Shown: one piece after another, positions 22,682-34,954 of the stretch
Layout of the letters: each line of letters starts with the position of its first letter
How positions within the stretch are numbered: the first letter of the stretch is position 1
The notes under the pieces: generated by a model
Told to the model about the DNA's origin: nothing
The model's database searches: none
The model's input: only the letters and a program-made list of their open reading frames with translations
Assembly: GCA_052034955.1 (NCBI GenBank)
Contig: JBPOHZ010000009.1
Coordinates: 1 to 58,690 of the forward strand
Length of the DNA: 58,690 nucleotides
Direction of reading: 5' to 3'
DNA from: Candidatus Saccharimonadota bacterium
GTDB taxonomy: Bacteria; Patescibacteriota; Saccharimonadia; Saccharimonadales; AWTP1-31
Program-made: the position numbers and the translations under genes

Positions 22682-23282
22682 GGATTGTTTCTCCTGCGAC
22701 CGTACGGTCGCCTTTATTTACTTTAAGCATAACAGATTTGGGCATTATAACTGTCACCTGTGAACCAAGGTTAATTAACCCAACTTCTTGGCCGGCTTTG
22801 ACTTCCTGACCAGGCTTAACATTAGTAACAACTCTTCGGGCTAAAAAGCCGGCAATCTGGATCATTTTTACTTTTATCTTACCTTCGATCAGTGTTTCAG
22901 ACTTCTCGTTTACTAGTCCAGCTTCGAAGGTGTTAACCGCTAAGAACTTTCCTTTGCTATGTTTTACTCGCTTAACTTTGCCATCTATCGGTGCTCTATT
23001 TATGTGAACATCCATCGGAGACATAAAGATAGATACAATATAGCCTTCATTGGCGACGTCACTTGTCATAGTGTTTATTAGCCCAAGTAGTCGGTGACTG
23101 CCTTTAAATAAAGTTACTTCTTTGTCTTTAAACTCAAACGCTTCGATTACTACACCGTCAGCCGGTGATATGACGTTGTTGCCAACAGGTGTGGTGCGTG
23201 CAGGATTTCGCAGGAAAACAATCTTCCAGAACCCTAGAAGTAGGATTGCCAAGAGAATAAAGATGTAGCCAACAATCAGCAT
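22662..23282 (-). CDS. psd: phosphatidylserine decarboxylase proenzyme (short type)
   Basis: 206 aa with an N-terminal TM segment, HINRAPIDG, and the LGSQV self-cleavage-type motif near the C-terminus. Confidence 0.8.
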   Translation of the reverse strand: MLIVGYIFILLAILLLGFWKIVFLRNPARTTPVGNNVISPADGVVIEAFEFKDKEVTLFKGSHRLLGLINTMTSDVANEGYIVSIFMSPMDVHINRAPIDGKVKRVKHSKGKFLAVNTFEAGLVNEKSETLIEGKIKVKMIQIAGFLARRVVTNVKPGQEVKAGQEVGLINLGSQVTVIMPKSVMLKVNKGDRTVAGETILAKINS

Positions 23283-23410
23283 ATGATTATCCTTTAAGTT
23301 ATTCCTAAGTATAGCACTTTATAATGGAGAAAATGACAGAGGTAATCCCTTGACAGAAATTAGCATAAGTGATAATATAATAACTTTGCATATAACCATT
23401 AGGAGCGATT

Positions 23411-23953
23411 TTGACATACATTCCAGAGCAGTTAGGTACTCCAGATTTTGAAGGCGGATACGTTCCGTTTGTTGTTGCTGCCGAATCTGGTGTGTTAGAT
23501 CTAGACAATCTAGAGCTTCATACTCCTAAGGAAGCAGCTGAAGCGGTATCGGATTGTCGAATTCCTAAGCATGGCGGTGCTGTCTATTATCCGGGACAGG
23601 GTATTGGCGGAGTCGATCATCAGGCTTTTAGGACTGACGGAAGGACCATTCATATATTACCCGCCGGTAAGGACGCGGTAGACGGCGAAACACACAGGAT
23701 CGTCGGAGAAGGCGGTACGGTATTTACGATGCCTGACGGTAGAATTAAAATCGCTGCCCTGGCAGTTACAGGAAACTTAAGTGGCTGGTCTAGGGGAAGA
23801 AATACTAGAATCTTAGGTGGAGTTGCTGTAACACCCTTAGGTCTAGATTCTATTGAGGGCGAAATGACTGATTTCGATACAGAATCAGGCATAGTAGTTG
23901 TTAAGCGAAGAAACCCTATCTTCTCTTTTACTTCCCATAATCGACACCGATAA
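23411..23953 (+). CDS. hypothetical Gly-rich protein
   Basis: 180-aa ORF. TTG start 6 nt after an AGGAG RBS. Confidence 0.45.
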   Translation: MTYIPEQLGTPDFEGGYVPFVVAAESGVLDLDNLELHTPKEAAEAVSDCRIPKHGGAVYYPGQGIGGVDHQAFRTDGRTIHILPAGKDAVDGETHRIVGEGGTVFTMPDGRIKIAALAVTGNLSGWSRGRNTRILGGVAVTPLGLDSIEGEMTDFDTESGIVVVKRRNPIFSFTSHNRHR

Positions 23954-23986
23954 TTGTTCCGACTTTCGGTTGGTCGCTAAATAAAG

Positions 23987-23992
23987 TATAAT
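23987..23992 (+). promoter_or_regulatory. -10 hexamer TATAAT upstream of the tRNA-Cys / tRNA-Leu pair
   Basis: Perfect TATAAT 13 nt before the tRNA-Cys 5' end. Confidence 0.4.
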
Positions 23993-24005
23993 TGCAATCT
24001 GTAAT

Positions 24006-24079
24006 GGCGCGTTGGCCGAGAAGTTAGGCACTGGTCTGCAAAACCAGTTAGACGGGGGCGGTACCCGTACGTGCCTCCA
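24006..24079 (+). tRNA. tRNA-Cys (anticodon GCA), CCA encoded, non-canonical T-loop
   Basis: Acceptor GGCGCGT/ACGTGCC, discriminator U73 (a Cys identity element), anticodon stem CTGGT/ACCAG with loop CTGCAAA, T-arm ACGGG-GGCGGTA-CCCGT, 3-bp D-stem. Confidence 0.75.
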
Positions 24080-24091
24080 TGATATATCCGC

Positions 24092-24178
24092 GGGCGAGTG
24101 GCGGAATTGGTATACGCGACAGACTTAAAATCTGTTGGTTTCACGACCTTGTGGGTTCAAGTCCCACCTCGCCCACCA
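24092..24178 (+). tRNA. tRNA-Leu (anticodon TAA), type II, CCA encoded
   Basis: Acceptor GGGCGAG/CTCGCCC, anticodon stem ACAGA/TCTGT with loop CTTAAAA, long variable arm, T-arm GTGGG-TTCAAGT-CCCAC. Confidence 0.9.
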
Positions 24179-24267
24179 GAATATAAAGTAGTCCAGAACT
24201 GGGCTATTTTTTACTTTTAAAGACCCTAAGAGTGGTATAATTAAAGTACTAACTTAGGGAGATCAAA

Positions 24268-24825
24268 ATGCTTTATATTGTCCTAATTATCTTGGCTGTA
24301 CTGGTTGTTATCGGTATTGCTATGTACAACGGCTTGGTACGTGCCAATGTCCGTGTCGACGAAGCTTGGAGCGACATTACGGTTCAGCTTAAGCGTCGTG
24401 CCGACCTTATCCCAAATCTTGTAGAAACTGTTAAGGGCTATGCCAAGCAAGAAAAAGAAGTATTCGAGAATGTAACTAAAGCTCGTTCTGCAATTATGAA
24501 TGCCAATGGCGTTCAAGAGACTGCCGAAGCTGACAATATGTTTACCAGCGCTCTAAAAAGCGTTTTTGCGGTTGCCGAGGCTTATCCAGAGCTAAAATCT
24601 AACGAGAACTTTGCTCAGTTACAGGCTGAACTTACAGATACGGAAGATAAGATTCAAGCATCTCGACGATTCTACAATGGTTCTGCTAGGGACCTAAACA
24701 TTAAAGTACAGACTTTCCCAACAAGCATTTTTGCTGGAATGCTTGGATTTAAAAAGCGTGACTTCTTCGAGCTAGAAGAAGCTGAGCGAGCAACCGCCGA
24801 GAAGCCTACAGAAGTAAAGTTCTAA
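24268..24825 (+). CDS. lemA: LemA-family membrane protein
   Basis: N-terminal TM segment followed by [47 protein letters not shown] and [20 protein letters not shown]. Confidence 0.9.
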   Translation: MLYIVLIILAVLVVIGIAMYNGLVRANVRVDEAWSDITVQLKRRADLIPNLVETVKGYAKQEKEVFENVTKARSAIMNANGVQETAEADNMFTSALKSVFAVAEAYPELKSNENFAQLQAELTDTEDKIQASRRFYNGSARDLNIKVQTFPTSIFAGMLGFKKRDFFELEEAERATAEKPTEVKF

Positions 24826-24843
24826 GACTGCGGGCTATTATTG

Positions 24844-25721
24844 ATGTACGACCAGATAGCTTCAAATAAGCGAAAAAGTGCCATTATTATGGTCTTTTTT
24901 GCTGTATTTGCATCTGTCATGGCTTACATTGGTGGATTCTATGTTGGGGGTAAGAGCTTTGCACCATTCGCAATAGCTGCAGCTCTGATATACACAGTAG
25001 TTTCTTACTATGCCGGAACCAAGATGACCTTGGCGATTAATGGTGCTCACGAGGTGACCAAGCGCCAGGAGCCTCGACTTTACCGTACTGTCGAGAATCT
25101 AACCATTGCCACTGGTATGCCGATGCCCAAGGTATATGTTATGGAAGACCCCGGCTTAAATGCCTTTGCTACTGGCCGCGACCCTCATCACTCTGTGGTC
25201 TGTGCCACTCGTGGACTGTTAGACGCCATGACCGATACCGAACTAGAAGGTGTTATGGCCCACGAACTTGGACATGTTCAGAACTATGACATCAGAGTTA
25301 GTCTGGTGGCTTTTGCTCTAGCTTCTATCATCAGTATCATTAGTGACTTTGTACTTAGGGCATGGTTTTGGGGTGGTGGTGATGACGACGATGCTACCAG
25401 TAACCCAGTATTTATGGCTATCGGGGTGCTTGCCATAATCCTTTCGCCAATCGTAGCGGCGCTTATCCAAACGGCAATATCTAGGCAACGAGAATACTTG
25501 GCCGACTCAACTGGCGCTTTAACCACCAGATACCCAGAAGGTCTAGCTAGTGCTCTCGAAAAAATCAGTCAAAGCGGAAGTATACTGCGTAAACAGAATA
25601 CTAGTACCGCACATTTATTTATTGCGAACCCATTAAAGGGTAAGTCGTTATCGAATCTGTTTAGTACTCACCCTCCAGTTCAAGAACGCGTTCGACGTCT
25701 CCGACAGATGGAGAAAGCGTA

Positions 25722-25722
<1 letters not shown>
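24844..25722 (+). CDS. htpX: M48-family zinc metalloprotease HtpX
   Basis: HELGHV zinc motif, multi-TM, and the conserved REYLAD and THPP..ER motifs. ATG at 24844 follows the TTG at 24841. Confidence 0.9.
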
Positions 25723-28764
<3,042 letters not shown>

Positions 28765-28825
28765 CTGATATGCTACAATTTATACATAAGCAGATTCACT
28801 AATGTATTAATCTGAGAGTCCAATC

Positions 28826-31123
28826 ATGAGTTTTCAAGGCGATGTTAGAGCAAGACAGTTTATTCTTAGAATAAGCTTAGCAGTAATGGTTTTACTTGGT
28901 GGTGTATGGATCCGAATGCCGGACATCGTACACGCCAACGATGTTAACTTTAATAATGGCATTACTGTTGACTCAGTACTAGACGTACCCGACGATAACA
29001 TCAGTGATAGCATTTGTGACGACGGGGCCGGGAACTGTACGCTCCGCGCGGCCATTGAAGAGTCGAATGATACCGCCGGTACACAGACTATTAATTTTAA
29101 CATTAGCAGCGGTACAAGCTTTACGAACGACGGACAGACTGGCTATACCATTACTCCATTTACGAATCTGCCAAATATTACTGATCAGGTGGTCATTAAT
29201 GGTTACTCTCAACCAAATGCCCAGACCAATACTGCTCAGAGTCCGAACCCATTGAATGGTCGGCTACTGATTGAAATTGATGGAACAAATGTCTCGGTTG
29301 GCTCAAAAAACTGTTTTGAGCTGGATAACGGAAGCGACAACGCGATAATAAAAGGACTTGTTATTAATCGCTGCCAAGGAAGTGCAATAAGCATTGCAGA
29401 TATTGATTCAGCAAAGATCGAAGGCAACTATATTGGCACAGATCCGACTGGGCTGACTGCTCGCTCCAACGGTGCACCTTCTGGCGGGTCATCAGTCGCT
29501 GTAGGAGTAGGTGCCAACTGTAACACGTCAACAGATACAAACACGACAAATACGGTTTTGGGCGGAAGCACTGCAGCAGCTCGTAATCTGATTTCTGGTA
29601 ACAGGGGTGCCGGTATGGGTATTTGCGCCGTCGATACTACTGTTCAGGGGAACTATGTTGGCTTGGCATCCGACGGACTAACAGCAATGGGTAATAGTGT
29701 TAATGTCGGTGATGGTTCGGGTGGCGCCACCATTGACTATGCAGACGGCGTGCTGATTGGTGGGGTTAATACAGGCGAAATGAACATCTTCTCTGGCAAC
29801 TACAACGCCGGTGTCAGCCCATACCGCTCAGAGAACATGACTGTTCAGGGAAACTATTTTGGCCTAGGCTACGACGGATCAACAATGGTGCCAAATGACA
29901 GCGGCTTTAACTGCGGTGAGTGCGATAACGTGCTAATAGGCGGAACTGTTCCAGCAGCTCGTAATATATTCTCTGGCAATACTAATAGCGGGTTAAATTC
30001 TGATACAAATAACACAAACATGACCGTTTATGGGAACTATATGGGAACCGACAAAACCGGTATGTTGGCTCGGCCAAATAAAGTCGGGTTAGCATTAGTT
30101 GACTCTTCTAACATAACTGTTGGTGGTGCGGGCTCGCAGTACCGTAATGTTATAGCGGGCAATACTGTTAAGAACGTACAACTTGGATTGCTTGATAGCA
30201 TCGCAGGGGTAACAGATTCGACAATTCAAGGTAACTATATTGGTGTGGACGCCTCTGGAACTATCAATGGTAGCTTTGATAACGGGGCTGGCATGCTTAT
30301 TGAAGGGCCGTCACACGATAACCGTATTGGCGGCAAGAATTCCGGAGAGGGCAATATAATCGCCGGTAACCGGGGCGGCATACTGGTGTCCAATTACGTA
30401 CTTACCGGCTTTGGAATCTTTGCTGCCACAAATAACGCTATTATTGGTAATTCTATCTACGCCAATGACGGCATTCCTCCTTATCCAGACTTTAGTGTTG
30501 GTATCGGTATAGATAATCTAGAGATGACCGAGAACGACTTCCCGCCGGATGGCTTTGACTCATCTGATATGAGCGGTCCTAACACAAACTCAGTTGCTGG
30601 ATGGACATCTGGCGAAGCAAATGATTATCTCAACCACCCCGTAATTACCAAAGTACAACAAACTGGCATTACACTGGACGTTGATTTTAGTCTGGTTGCC
30701 GCAGGAAGTACTAGTGGCCAATATAGAGTTGAGTTCTTTGCCAACGATGACAATACGCCCGGGCAGGGCAAGCAGTATCTTGGCTTCAAAGACGTCGCTC
30801 CTGGAACGGCTTTGAACGCTAATTTTACCACCAGTAGTAGTGGTGACATGGCTGGCAAATACATTACTGCAACCACTACCATGTTAAATAGCCCCGGGAC
30901 TAACGACGGATTCGGATCGACAAGTGAGTTTAGTACGGCATTGGCTGCAGAAGTTCTAGCTGCCGAATCTACGGAGCCGCAAGAACCCGATACCTCCGAT
31001 AAGCTTGCCCAGACCGGACAATATACCAGAACTTTGCTGCTGTTTGGTGTTGCATCGACAGCCATTGTTGCCTTTGTAGTACTTTCAAGAAGAAGGTACA
31101 TATATAAGGCTGAGAAGCATTAG
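28826..31123 (+). CDS. surface protein with parallel beta-helix repeats and an LPXTG-like (LAQTG) sorting signal
   Basis: 765 aa. N-terminal signal-like segment. Many (V/I)xGNY(I/V/M/F)G(T/L)D..G repeat units. C-terminus KLAQTG followed by a TM segment and RRR. Confidence 0.7.
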   Translation: MSFQGDVRARQFILRISLAVMVLLGGVWIRMPDIVHANDVNFNNGITVDSVLDVPDDNISDSICDDGAGNCTLRAAIEESNDTAGTQTINFNISSGTSFTNDGQTGYTITPFTNLPNITDQVVINGYSQPNAQTNTAQSPNPLNGRLLIEIDGTNVSVGSKNCFELDNGSDNAIIKGLVINRCQGSAISIADIDSAKIEGNYIGTDPTGLTARSNGAPSGGSSVAVGVGANCNTSTDTNTTNTVLGGSTAAARNLISGNRGAGMGICAVDTTVQGNYVGLASDGLTAMGNSVNVGDGSGGATIDYADGVLIGGVNTGEMNIFSGNYNAGVSPYRSENMTVQGNYFGLGYDGSTMVPNDSGFNCGECDNVLIGGTVPAARNIFSGNTNSGLNSDTNNTNMTVYGNYMGTDKTGMLARPNKVGLALVDSSNITVGGAGSQYRNVIAGNTVKNVQLGLLDSIAGVTDSTIQGNYIGVDASGTINGSFDNGAGMLIEGPSHDNRIGGKNSGEGNIIAGNRGGILVSNYVLTGFGIFAATNNAIIGNSIYANDGIPPYPDFSVGIGIDNLEMTENDFPPDGFDSSDMSGPNTNSVAGWTSGEANDYLNHPVITKVQQTGITLDVDFSLVAAGSTSGQYRVEFFANDDNTPGQGKQYLGFKDVAPGTALNANFTTSSSGDMAGKYITATTTMLNSPGTNDGFGSTSEFSTALAAEVLAAESTEPQEPDTSDKLAQTGQYTRTLLLFGVASTAIVAFVVLSRRRYIYKAEKH

Positions 31124-31257
31124 TCATAAACATATCTTGACATCTTGCTGAAAAGGCTTATGATTACTGCATATCGTGCGTACTAAGCGGCGCGTTCCAA
31201 AACAAACAAATGTGAAACAAAAAAATCTCACCCGCCGCGGGTGGGCACGCACGAATA

Positions 31258-31290
31258 GAAAAAGGCCTGTCGATTGACAAGCCTTTTTCT
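31258..31290. terminator. long hairpin, bidirectional terminator next to the tRNA-Ala 3' end
   Basis: GAAAAAGGC...GCCTTTTTC 9-bp stem with an inner TGTC/GACA stem. A second hairpin CACCCG-CCG-CGGGTG at 31229-31243 is followed on the minus strand by a T-run. Confidence 0.6.
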
Positions 31291-31291
31291 A

Positions 31292-31368
31292 TGGTGGAGA
31301 TACGGGGATTCAAACCCCGGACCTCTTCGCTGCCAGCGAAGCGCTCTAATCAGCTGAGCTATATCCCC
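31292..31368 (-). tRNA. tRNA-Ala (anticodon GGC), CCA encoded, A19:U56 elbow pair
   Basis: Reverse complement: acceptor GGGGATA/TATCTCC with G3:U70, D-loop AGCTGATTA, anticodon stem CTTCG/CGAAG with loop CTGGCAG, T-arm CGGGG-TTTGAAT-CCCCG. Confidence 0.9.
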
Positions 31369-31497
31369 ATGATACGTTGGTCGAAGATAACTGATTGATT
31401 TTACACTATATTTTGCCATCTGCCAATCTGTTAGGGTGTGCATCTATGGTGGTATATAATAAATTGAAAGTTAACATAAGAGTATTCAAAGGAACAT

Positions 31498-32757
31498 ATG
31501 GATCAACAGCCCTTAACACCCCAACAGCCAACACAACCGCAACCGATAGATCCTAATTTGCCTTCGGCATCATCCCCGCAGCCTGAACAGGTGCCTGTAC
31601 AATCCGTTCCTTCATCCGAGCCAACTGCAGCTCCCGCACCACAAATATTTGGCCTTCAGAATAGCCCTACGCCACCTAGTGGAGAAGTGGGTGCCCCTGT
31701 TCTATCAGCTAACTCCGCCACAGTAATGCAGGCCTCTAAGCCGCGCAGGAAGCTAAAGGCGGCACTGCTTACGCTTGTTGGCCTGGTTGTTATCGGAGGT
31801 GGCTCTGCGGCAGCATATTTTGGTATTGTGGTACCAAATAAACCCGAGAATGTACTTAAGACAGCCGTCTTTAACTCTTTTGATCAGCAGAATATATCGG
31901 CAAAAGTTTTGGCCGAAGGTAAATCTGGTGGTGCAGGCTTTAAGGCTGATATGACAATGAAGGCTAATGTTGCCGATAAGTCATCTGCAATGGACGCCAA
32001 GTTCACCGTTAGTGGACTTACATTTTCCGGTGAGGCTCGGATGGTTGGCGGATCGGCATTCATGAAGGTCGGAGACCTGTCTAATGTCACTAGCCTAATC
32101 GAAGCATTCTCTCCAGATTACGCAACTCAAATTAAAGCTGTAACCGACAAAGTGTCAGACCAATGGTTCGAAATTGACAGCACTATACTAAAAACAGCCG
32201 GTGCAGACTGTGTGTTAAATACAGAGACTAAATTAAGCGAAGCTGATTTAAAGATACTCTCCGATAAATATACAGAAAACCCTTTCGTGACTATCAAGAA
32301 CACTTCTAACGAGGATATTAGCGGCAAAGCTGCAATCAAGTATGATCTTTCCATCAACAACAAAAAAGCGGCTCAGTTCTTGACATCACTTGAGCAGACC
32401 TCGCTTTTCAAAAAGCTAGATAGCTGCGCTAAGCAATCAGAGACAACTAGCTTGACTGGCGATCAAGACATTAGCAATACCGTTAACACAGACGGTATAA
32501 AAGACACCGATAACACCGAGCTAACTGTCTGGGTAGATAAGTCGACGAAACAGTTTAGCAAGGTTGCCTATGAGGCTAGCGCCGAGATGAAGAAGAATGG
32601 TAACGATTTAAAGATTGAGGCTACCATGGACTACGCGCCCGTGAAGATCGACAAACCCGAAGGTTCAATGCCAATTACAGACCTTATTGCAGAGCTGGGA
32701 AAGGCATTTAATGGGCAGCCAGTACTAGGCGCTAAAATAGAGGACTTATTACCCTAG
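31498..32757 (+). CDS. hypothetical membrane-anchored protein (Pro/Gln-rich N-terminus)
   Basis: 419 aa with a single TM segment (ALLTLVGLVVIGGGSAAAYFGIVV). No known motif. Confidence 0.55.
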   Translation: MDQQPLTPQQPTQPQPIDPNLPSASSPQPEQVPVQSVPSSEPTAAPAPQIFGLQNSPTPPSGEVGAPVLSANSATVMQASKPRRKLKAALLTLVGLVVIGGGSAAAYFGIVVPNKPENVLKTAVFNSFDQQNISAKVLAEGKSGGAGFKADMTMKANVADKSSAMDAKFTVSGLTFSGEARMVGGSAFMKVGDLSNVTSLIEAFSPDYATQIKAVTDKVSDQWFEIDSTILKTAGADCVLNTETKLSEADLKILSDKYTENPFVTIKNTSNEDISGKAAIKYDLSINNKKAAQFLTSLEQTSLFKKLDSCAKQSETTSLTGDQDISNTVNTDGIKDTDNTELTVWVDKSTKQFSKVAYEASAEMKKNGNDLKIEATMDYAPVKIDKPEGSMPITDLIAELGKAFNGQPVLGAKIEDLLP

Positions 32758-32789
32758 GGCAGAGCTAGACGCTGCGGTACAATACAAAC

Positions 32790-33698
32790 ATGCCAAAAAC
32801 CAGTAACAAGTCATCATCAGATCAACCGTTTGTAGTTTCTCATCCTGCCCTGGCACTCAGCCTGGTCGCAGTAATCCTAGTTTGTATATTCAGCTCACTT
32901 TGGTGGACAAAGGTTCACGACAGCCCAAGACGAGTATTTATGGGCATGATTAAAAATAACCTTTCGACACCAAGTGTTACCAGGCAAACAGTTGCCGGTC
33001 AGGATTCTTCTGTAGATAAGCTAGAACAGCTTAGTTTTGTTCCGCCTTATGCCACTAGGTCCTTAATATCAATCACTCAAGACTCTCCGGAGGGAAGCAA
33101 CAAGGTTGTCACCGAAACGGTTGGAACGCTTTCGACAGACTATAGTCGCTACATCAGTATCGAGACCAGTCAGAAGGGTAAGTCAGGGAAGTCACTAGAT
33201 TATTCGTCAGTTCAGAACCTTTGGGGCGCTACCGATCCTACTGTTGGCCCGGCCGATTACCATAGTCAATCGATACTTGGATTAGTACCATTCGGAAATA
33301 TCAACTCAATAGCACAGCAAGAGATTATAAGTAAGTTGATTGATGGTAAGGCCTATACGGTAGATTACTCGGCAGTAAAGCCATTTCGTACAGCTGGTAA
33401 ATCGGCATTAGTATTTCCGGTCCAGATTGATGCCGAAAAGTACATTCAGGTTCTCAAAGATCTTTCTAAAGTGTCAGGAAATGGCGATCTATCAGATCTT
33501 AACCCTAAAGACTACGCCGGACAGCAGCCAATTACAGTGTCGATCATGGTCGACAAGAAATCACGACATATCTTAGAGGTTAGTTATGGCCAGCAGAAAG
33601 AAGTCTATTCTTCCTACGGGCTCAGCACTCCAGTCCAAACTCCCAATAAAACCATTCCTGTAAATGAGCTTCAGCAAAAAATCCAAGAGATAAAATAA
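32790..33698 (+). CDS. hypothetical membrane-anchored protein
   Basis: 302 aa with a single TM segment. TACAAT lies 6 nt before the ATG. The stop overlaps the murF-like start. Confidence 0.55.
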   Translation: MPKTSNKSSSDQPFVVSHPALALSLVAVILVCIFSSLWWTKVHDSPRRVFMGMIKNNLSTPSVTRQTVAGQDSSVDKLEQLSFVPPYATRSLISITQDSPEGSNKVVTETVGTLSTDYSRYISIETSQKGKSGKSLDYSSVQNLWGATDPTVGPADYHSQSILGLVPFGNINSIAQQEIISKLIDGKAYTVDYSAVKPFRTAGKSALVFPVQIDAEKYIQVLKDLSKVSGNGDLSDLNPKDYAGQQPITVSIMVDKKSRHILEVSYGQQKEVYSSYGLSTPVQTPNKTIPVNELQQKIQEIK

Positions 33699-34954
33699 TG
33701 CTAAAGAAATTTGCTCGTCGAGTTATCGTTTCGATAAATTGGAAGCTCGCTAGCTTATATCAAAGTAAGTTCAATCCTACTATTATTGGTGTTGCTGGAA
33801 GTGTTGGAAAGTCAGGCACCAAACGCGCTATTGCACATGTCATCGGTTCCTCGAAGCGAGTTGCCTGGCAGGATGGTAACTACAACGATTTAGTAACGGT
33901 ACCCCTTATTTATTTTGGTCTTTCGGAGCCTTCCTTATTCAATCCATTAGCCTGGTTTCTTACTCACTTAAGGATGCTAAAATCTATCCTTTCTAGAGTG
34001 GGTGCGGAGGTTGTTGTTTTAGAGCTTGGCACCGATGGCAAGGGGCAGATTAAGGAGTTTGGTAAATATCTAGAACTAGATATTGCAATAGTCACGGCAG
34101 TAACCCATGAACATATGGAGTTTTTTGGAAGTCTGGAAGAGGTTGCCAAAGAAGAGCTATCGATATCAGGGTTTGCCAAGCAACTATTTATTCAGGAAGA
34201 TGTTGTCAAAGCTGGCTACGCTGGCGGTCTTAAGAGCTACAAGACTTACGGATCAGGTCGCAATTGCGATATAGTTCAGAGTACCATCGGTGGTCAGCTT
34301 AGCATTAAGTCTGATCTGCTAAATATCAAGACAAATCCTATATTAGCCGGCAGACATCAGCACAACGGACTTACGGTCGCAGGTTACATAGCAGCCAAAT
34401 TGGGAATAAACAGCCAAGAGATCGCTAAGGCAATTGAGTCTCTGCCAAGCATGCCAGGCAGAATGAATATACTTGATGGATTACAGGGCAGTATTGTTGT
34501 TGATGATACTTATAATTCTAGCCCGGCCGCTGTATACGAGGCCTTGGAATATCTTTATAATCTACCAACTAAACACAAAATCGCAGTCCTAGGTAATATG
34601 AACGAAATGGGTGAAATGTCTAAAGAGTTGCATATCCAGGTGGGTCAGAAGTGTGATCCAAAAAAACTCGACAAACTTATTACTATTGGTCAAGATGCCA
34701 ATCTGTATTTAGCAGAGGCGGCTGCTCAAGCGGGATGTCAGGTAGCTAGTTTCCAAAGCCCTTTCGAAATAGGTGAGCATCTTTTGCACATGGACCTTGC
34801 CGATACCGCAATCTTGTTTAAAGGGTCACAAAATGGTGTGTTTCTGGAAGAAGCTATCAAACCGATACTGGCAAACAAAAATGACAGTAAACGACTAGTT
34901 AGACAAAGCAAAGATTGGATGCAGAAAAAACTTAATCAATTTGGAACTAGCTAA
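33698..34954 (+). CDS. murF: Mur ligase family protein, probably UDP-MurNAc-tripeptide--D-Ala-D-Ala ligase
   Basis: P-loop GVAGSVGKSGTKRA, then TAVTHEHMEFFGS and DDTYNSSP motifs. Directly followed by ddl. Confidence 0.65.
   Translation: MLKKFARRVIVSINWKLASLYQSKFNPTIIGVAGSVGKSGTKRAIAHVIGSSKRVAWQDGNYNDLVTVPLIYFGLSEPSLFNPLAWFLTHLRMLKSILSRVGAEVVVLELGTDGKGQIKEFGKYLELDIAIVTAVTHEHMEFFGSLEEVAKEELSISGFAKQLFIQEDVVKAGYAGGLKSYKTYGSGRNCDIVQSTIGGQLSIKSDLLNIKTNPILAGRHQHNGLTVAGYIAAKLGINSQEIAKAIESLPSMPGRMNILDGLQGSIVVDDTYNSSPAAVYEALEYLYNLPTKHKIAVLGNMNEMGEMSKELHIQVGQKCDPKKLDKLITIGQDANLYLAEAAAQAGCQVASFQSPFEIGEHLLHMDLADTAILFKGSQNGVFLEEAIKPILANKNDSKRLVRQSKDWMQKKLNQFGTS

Noticed and set aside
31228-31443. 71-aa minus-strand ORF
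   Set aside because: It fully overlaps tRNA-Ala and its terminator hairpins, so it is an artefact of the ORF scan.
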